Shown: one piece after another, positions 60,398-64,000 of the stretch
Layout: every line of letters starts with the position of its first letter
Numbering within the stretch: position 1 is the first letter of the stretch
Source: a virus
Direction: 5' to 3' (one strand)
DNA length: 64,000 nucleotides
IMG/VR virus record: IMGVR_UViG_3300025652_000055
Coordinates: 3,272-67,271 of that record
Position numbers and translations under genes: made by a program
The notes under the pieces: generated by a model
The model's database searches: none
Told to the model about the DNA's origin: nothing
What the model saw: the letters and a program-made list of their open reading frames with translations, nothing else

Positions 60398-60502
60398 CGT
60401 AGTTATCTCCGTTTCCATGAGTTCATAACGATCCCTCACCACTTCAACGATCGGACTTCCACCGTGCATGCAGTTAATTACTCTGCAACCCGTGATACTA
60501 CG
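60398..60502 (-). ncRNA. putative structured RNA, module A
   Basis: Termini pair (CGTAGTATC / GATAACTACG); internal TGCAG/CTGCA and CGATC/GATCG stems. Confidence 0.45.
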
Positions 60503-60503
60503 A

Positions 60504-60591
60504 CTTATAAAATTAAAGGATCTTCGTCAGCTTAACCACGTATCTCCTCGCTGAGTTCCTACAGCCATACTGAGCCCTTCACATTTATAAG
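60504..60591 (-). ncRNA. putative structured RNA, module B
   Basis: Termini CTTATAAA/TTTATAAG plus an inner GAAGGG/TCCTTT pairing. Confidence 0.35.
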
Positions 60592-60595
60592 ATTT

Positions 60596-60686
60596 TAGTA
60601 ACTAGCGAAGGAATCGAACCTTCATACTCGTCAGTAGTAATGAACTCTGTTTAACTTAATAACACCTGTTACATCCATACCTAGTT
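60596..60686 (-). ncRNA. tRNA-like element (acceptor stem plus T-arm)
   Basis: AACTAG../GCTAGTT-ACTA; GAAGG-TTCGATT-CCTTC. Confidence 0.6.
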
Positions 60687-60863
60687 TACCGGCTATTGTG
60701 TGATCACTAATCGTATCTTTCGCCATCGGTTTTCGTATTTATATAGAGCCATATACCGTAAAACTCTAAGCTAGCTATTCACTTATGTAATTTAGGTACC
60801 ATTTATCGTGGTATCTTTACGGTATACACCCACCTAAATCCTAATTAAGCTACTCGTCTAGCG

Positions 60864-61052
60864 TCATCTTCTGCGCTGCGATCTATGAATTATAGCGCTA
60901 AGTTCTTGACTTACTATTTGAATCGTGTTACCTGTTTTGTGGTAAGTAATAGGAACATAAGAATGTTTTTTTACTTCAGAACAAGGAGGACATGTTTTAT
61001 ATCCTAGATTTAATCGATAAGGGTGGACTTCGTCGCCGCATTTACAGTACAT
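60864..61052 (-). CDS. DksA/TraR-type C4 zinc-finger protein
   Basis: CKCGDEV...RL....TCPPC. Confidence 0.6.
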   Translation of the reverse strand: MYCKCGDEVHPYRLNLGYKTCPPCSEVKKHSYVPITYHKTGNTIQIVSQELSAIIHRSQRRR

Positions 61053-61079
61053 AGTTTATTATTTTAATTGTTACATTTA

Positions 61080-61110
61080 TATTATCCGAAAGTTATCGTA
61101 TTATTTTTGT
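61080..61110 (-). promoter_or_regulatory. putative early promoter, copy 3
   Basis: ACAAAAATAATACG-ATAACTTTCG-GATAATA. Confidence 0.75.
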
Positions 61111-61301
61111 AAAGGAAATCTTTCTTGTGATAAATACATGTACTCAATAGCTTTTGCCATAACATAATCGTGTAAGTCATTATAAGAATCACCTTCAACG
61201 TGTTGGTCAGCGATCTGCCAGTGTATACTGTCTCTCATTAATTCCATAGAAACATCAGCAATTGCTTGTGATATTTCATCTATTTCTTTCATTCTACTCA
61301 T
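61101..61301 (-). CDS. hypothetical early protein
   Basis: 66 aa ORF. Confidence 0.55.
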   Translation of the reverse strand: MSRMKEIDEISQAIADVSMELMRDSIHWQIADQHVEGDSYNDLHDYVMAKAIEYMYLSQERFPLQK

Positions 61302-61491
61302 AAAATCTATCTTTTATATTTAATAAAGCTAATTTATAGCCAAAGTTTTTAGCCATTTGCATTAATAAGAAATCATTAGTGCCATGATTAGCTTGTGTAA
61401 ATTGTTCTAGTGTTTGTTCGTTAGGTGTGGCTACAATGCCCTTGTCTAACATATGTAGCTCGTGCTCTACAAAATCTTTTACTTTTTCCAT
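61294..61491 (-). CDS. hypothetical early protein
   Basis: 65 aa ORF. Confidence 0.55.
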   Translation of the reverse strand: MEKVKDFVEHELHMLDKGIVATPNEQTLEQFTQANHGTNDFLLMQMAKNFGYKLALLNIKDRFYE

Positions 61492-61492
61492 A

Positions 61493-61747
61493 TTATTTAT
61501 CGTATATTGTTACTTCAACCCAACCTTTTTCAGAGTGACCTGCTTCGCATTTAACTCCTTCGTCTGTTAGTTGTTTTTCTAGTTTTTCTGCTGCTTGCCA
61601 TAAAGATGGTTCAGGTATCTCGTCATGGTCATCATCATACATAACCTCACCTCTACATTGGTAAAACTGATCTTTACCATCGTCTTGACTTACAAATTCA
61701 AAATCCCATCCGTTGATTCTTACATCTTGTTTCATCCACTCTTTCAT
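61493..61747 (-). CDS. hypothetical early protein
   Basis: 84 aa acidic ORF. Confidence 0.55.
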   Translation of the reverse strand: MKEWMKQDVRINGWDFEFVSQDDGKDQFYQCRGEVMYDDDHDEIPEPSLWQAAEKLEKQLTDEGVKCEAGHSEKGWVEVTIYDK

Positions 61748-61749
61748 AT

Positions 61750-61881
61750 TTATTCTTGATTTAATAATTCATCTATTTCACAGAACAGCATATCGTCTAT
61801 GTCTGCTTTACTGTATTTGTTTCCGTCCCACGTAGACACTAGCTCGTAAGCTAAATCCCACGGATTTTTTATTTTACTCAT
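61750..61881 (-). CDS. small hypothetical protein (43 aa)
   Basis: MSKIKNPWDLAYELV...; fills the gap. Confidence 0.55.
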   Translation of the reverse strand: MSKIKNPWDLAYELVSTWDGNKYSKADIDDMLFCEIDELLNQE

Positions 61882-61891
61882 AATTTATATT

Positions 61892-62317
61892 TTAATAATT
61901 CCATACAGACACTCCGCCGTACATTGTTAAGTTTTTTAAGTTGTAGTTTCTTTTACAGAATTCTACTATGTATATAAGTCTTGCTAGCGGATCAGTTATT
62001 AGTTCTCTAGCATAAGCATTATACTTCATTGTCTTAAGCTCACCACCATTCAATACAGTGTATCTTTGATGTTGCTTATATACTTTGTTTAGTTGATATA
62101 TTCTATCGCTAGAATTACATCTTCTAACATAACCTGTCTTATATGAGGCGAACTGATCGCCATTAGGTAACACAAATTGTCTTGTGCCATTTTTCTTTTG
62201 TCTGTCAGTAGTCATTTCTTTAATGTTATACTCGATAAACATACGCTCAGCGAATAAGTCTACTAGTTCTGCACGTCTCTGTTTCCAGTCCATATGCTCT
62301 TGATATAAATCTCTCAT
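61892..62317 (-). CDS. hypothetical early protein
   Basis: 141 aa ORF. Confidence 0.6.
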   Translation of the reverse strand: MRDLYQEHMDWKQRRAELVDLFAERMFIEYNIKEMTTDRQKKNGTRQFVLPNGDQFASYKTGYVRRCNSSDRIYQLNKVYKQHQRYTVLNGGELKTMKYNAYARELITDPLARLIYIVEFCKRNYNLKNLTMYGGVSVWNY

Positions 62318-62571
62318 AGTGTTTTTATTATTAATTTTAATTGCTTGTTGTCAAACTTCTTACTTGTTTCTTGCCACATACGGTTGTGAGTGAACTTTTT
62401 GGACTTAGCAAAATTAGATTTTTGCCTTGTTACAACTTTGTTGTACTCTTTCTCAGTGAGTCCACTGCACGATCCGCTGTGAAGGATAAGACGTCTATGC
62501 CCATCTTTCCTTAGTTTACGCTGTGCTTCGACATAGGCACACAGCTCTTTCATGTTACTTGGATTAGACAT
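62314..62571 (-). CDS. hypothetical early protein
   Basis: 85 aa basic ORF. Confidence 0.55.
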   Translation of the reverse strand: MSNPSNMKELCAYVEAQRKLRKDGHRRLILHSGSCSGLTEKEYNKVVTRQKSNFAKSKKFTHNRMWQETSKKFDNKQLKLIIKTL

Positions 62572-62764
62572 ATGACCAGATTGAAGGGTTATATTCTACG
62601 TAAGTAAGACCTTTGTGATTGAACCACGAGGTGATACCTTCTTGATCTTTGTCTTCGTTGTAAATGAAAGCAAATCTTTTTGGTAGTTCGCCGACGGAAT
62701 AGCCTTTGTAGTTTTGGCCGGCGAGTTTAATAATTTTGTTTGATTGGAATTTAATTGATTGCAT
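62564..62764 (-). CDS. hypothetical early protein
   Basis: 66 aa, first gene after promoter copy 4. Confidence 0.55.
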   Translation of the reverse strand: MQSIKFQSNKIIKLAGQNYKGYSVGELPKRFAFIYNEDKDQEGITSWFNHKGLTYVEYNPSIWSYV

Positions 62765-62790
62765 AGTGTATATATTATTTGTTACATTAT

Positions 62791-62821
62791 TATTATCGGT
62801 TCTCGTTCGTATTATTTTTGT
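62791..62821 (-). promoter_or_regulatory. putative early promoter, copy 4
   Basis: 31/31 identical to copy 1. Confidence 0.75.
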
Positions 62822-62939
62822 AATACAACATAGAATCTAACTCATTATTATTATACCTCGCCCAGTACTGTCTTTCTACAGCCTCTATTTGAGATCTCGT
62901 TATCTTGAACAGTGGTTTATGTGAATGCTTTCTCTTCAT
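62793..62939 (-). CDS. small hypothetical protein (48 aa)
   Basis: MKRKHSHKPLF...; ATGA overlap with the upstream gene. Confidence 0.45.
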   Translation of the reverse strand: MKRKHSHKPLFKITRSQIEAVERQYWARYNNNELDSMLYYKNNTNENR

Positions 62940-63133
62940 CTGTAGTCGACGTTAGGTTTAACATTAGCGGCAACACCTTGTCTGAATTTCCACTCGTTTT
63001 GTCTGTATTTAGCATCAGTACACCATTTTTTCCATGCTTTACTTGCAGGCTTTTCACCCCACTTAGCTTCGAATTCTTGTACTTGTTTTAATTTTGCAGC
63101 GATCTGTTCCGCTGGATAGTCATTATATTGCAT
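62936..63133 (-). CDS. hypothetical early protein
   Basis: 65 aa ORF. Confidence 0.55.
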   Translation of the reverse strand: MQYNDYPAEQIAAKLKQVQEFEAKWGEKPASKAWKKWCTDAKYRQNEWKFRQGVAANVKPNVDYR

Positions 63134-63137
63134 AGTA

Positions 63138-63275
63138 TTATTTATTAGTTGATTTATAGAACTCTATTCTGTCAAGAACATCTTGTCTAGTTATTTTCTT
63201 TTCTTCGAGTTGTAATAGTATATCGTGTGACATATCTATTTGCTTGCCATTTTGGCATGTAAGTATATATTGCAT
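63138..63275 (-). CDS. small hypothetical protein (45 aa)
   Basis: MQYILTCQNGKQIDM...; AATACT-ATG leader shared with neighbours. Confidence 0.55.
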   Translation of the reverse strand: MQYILTCQNGKQIDMSHDILLQLEEKKITRQDVLDRIEFYKSTNK

Positions 63276-63287
63276 AGTATTATTTAT

Positions 63288-63344
63288 TAGTAGACATAGT
63301 GAGAGTCGAACTCACCGCACATTATTGTACACGCCAATATGTCT
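63288..63344 (-). ncRNA. minimal tRNA-like element
   Basis: AGACATA/TATGTCT-ACTA perfect 7-bp stem; GTGAG-TTCGACT-CTCAC; only 22 nt between the arms. Confidence 0.65.
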
Positions 63345-63402
63345 TTTGTTCTATCCAGTTAAGCTCGTTGCCCGCAGGTTCGGATAGTCACCTTTTTGTA
63401 CA

Positions 63403-63522
63403 CTAGTAGAAATCGTAGTAGATATCCATAACTTTAGACTTTTGCTCGTCAGTTAATTTAGTGTAATGTTTGTCGTAGAGATTCCACGAGATTTTTAGTA
63501 ATGTATAAGAGAATGTTGACAT
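63403..63522 (-). CDS. small hypothetical protein (39 aa)
   Basis: MSTFSYTLLKISW...; AATACT-ATG leader. Confidence 0.5.
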   Translation of the reverse strand: MSTFSYTLLKISWNLYDKHYTKLTDEQKSKVMDIYYDFY

Positions 63523-63743
63523 AGTATTATTATTTAAGTTATTATTTAGTTATTTTATATTTAATATAATTAGTATTTAATAGTTTAGTTATATTATTAG
63601 TTTGATATTGAGATAATATAATTATTTTATTGTTTAAAGATTTAATATTATAATGGTTATTAGTTAGAATATTAATAGTTTTTTTGATTTGATATTTGTT
63701 AGTTGATAGTTTGATAATATATAGTTTTTATTGGTTACATTTA

Positions 63744-63774
63744 TATTATCTGATTTTAACCGTATTTTATTTGT
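63744..63774 (-). promoter_or_regulatory. putative early promoter, copy 5
   Basis: ACAAATAAAATACG-GTTAAAATCA-GATAATA. Confidence 0.7.
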
Positions 63775-63777
63775 AAA

Positions 63778-63957
63778 TTAATCACATATACCACATGGAA
63801 TGGAATCCATCGCTGAGTAATCTACTTGACCTGTTATCATCATGAAGATGATGAAAGCTATTCCGCCAAAGGCTAAGGTTGCAAGTGATGCTATAAATCC
63901 TTTAATAGCGATGTCTGTTACTTTGATAAGTACGTAGTGTATAAATTTTCTGTTCAT
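63778..63957 (-). CDS. small membrane protein (59 aa)
   Basis: One TM helix; C-terminal CGIC. Confidence 0.55.
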   Translation of the reverse strand: MNRKFIHYVLIKVTDIAIKGFIASLATLAFGGIAFIIFMMITGQVDYSAMDSIPCGICD

Positions 63958-63980
63958 ATTATTATTTTATTATTAGTTAT

Positions 63981-64000
63981 TAGTAGACACCGGTGGAATC
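63981..64000 (-). ncRNA. 3' end of another tRNA or tRNA-like element (truncated by the window)
   Basis: ...GATT-CCACC-GGTGTCT-ACTA, same spacing as the element at 63288. Confidence 0.5.

Noticed and set aside
60520-60635. CTGACGA motifs as hammerhead ribozyme cores
   Set aside because: I could not place the GAAA and three-stem geometry; a third copy near 63446 is inside a CDS
58630-63774. 31-bp repeats as a CRISPR array
   Set aside because: The copies are 0.8-1.7 kb apart with genes between them and a variable centre, which fits promoters
1-64000. Stop-codon reassignment as seen in some crAss-like phages
   Set aside because: Long genes are intact in the standard code, and TAG and TGA are both used as stops

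Overview
This window is about 64 kb of an AT-rich, probably lytic tailed-phage genome with podovirus-like gene content. The host is most likely Bacteroidota/Flavobacteria, inferred from A-rich leaders without Shine-Dalgarno sites, the SSB type and the structural gene layout. There are two convergent arms. The + strand (1-45155) is the late/virion arm: small basic proteins sharing an SPxK motif, holin, tail fibres (one collagen-like), GroES-like chaperonin, terminase, portal, scaffold, major capsid, tail proteins, putative ejection proteins (including a 2981-aa multidomain protein), a membrane-protein module and an M15 endolysin. The - strand (45201-64000) is the early/replication arm: nrdA/nrdB, resolvase, MazG, a dCMP-hydroxymethylase-like ThyA homologue, primase-helicase, SSB, exonuclease, ERF, a sigma-70 factor, DNA ligase, tRNA(CAU) and many small early ORFs. 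Most notable observations: (1) a 78-nt 'mini-tmRNA' consisting only of the tRNA-like domain; (2) a family of acceptor-stem plus T-arm tRNA mimics ending in ACUA, two of them in a 550-nt array of structured RNAs; (3) five copies of a non-host-type 31-bp early promoter-like motif, together with a sigma-region-2-like segment inside the giant virion protein; (4) a shared [S/T]P-hydrophobic-K motif across at least nine putative internal head proteins; (5) a 217-nt tract with no G on the transcribed strand. All functional calls come from motif recognition by eye; no searches were run.
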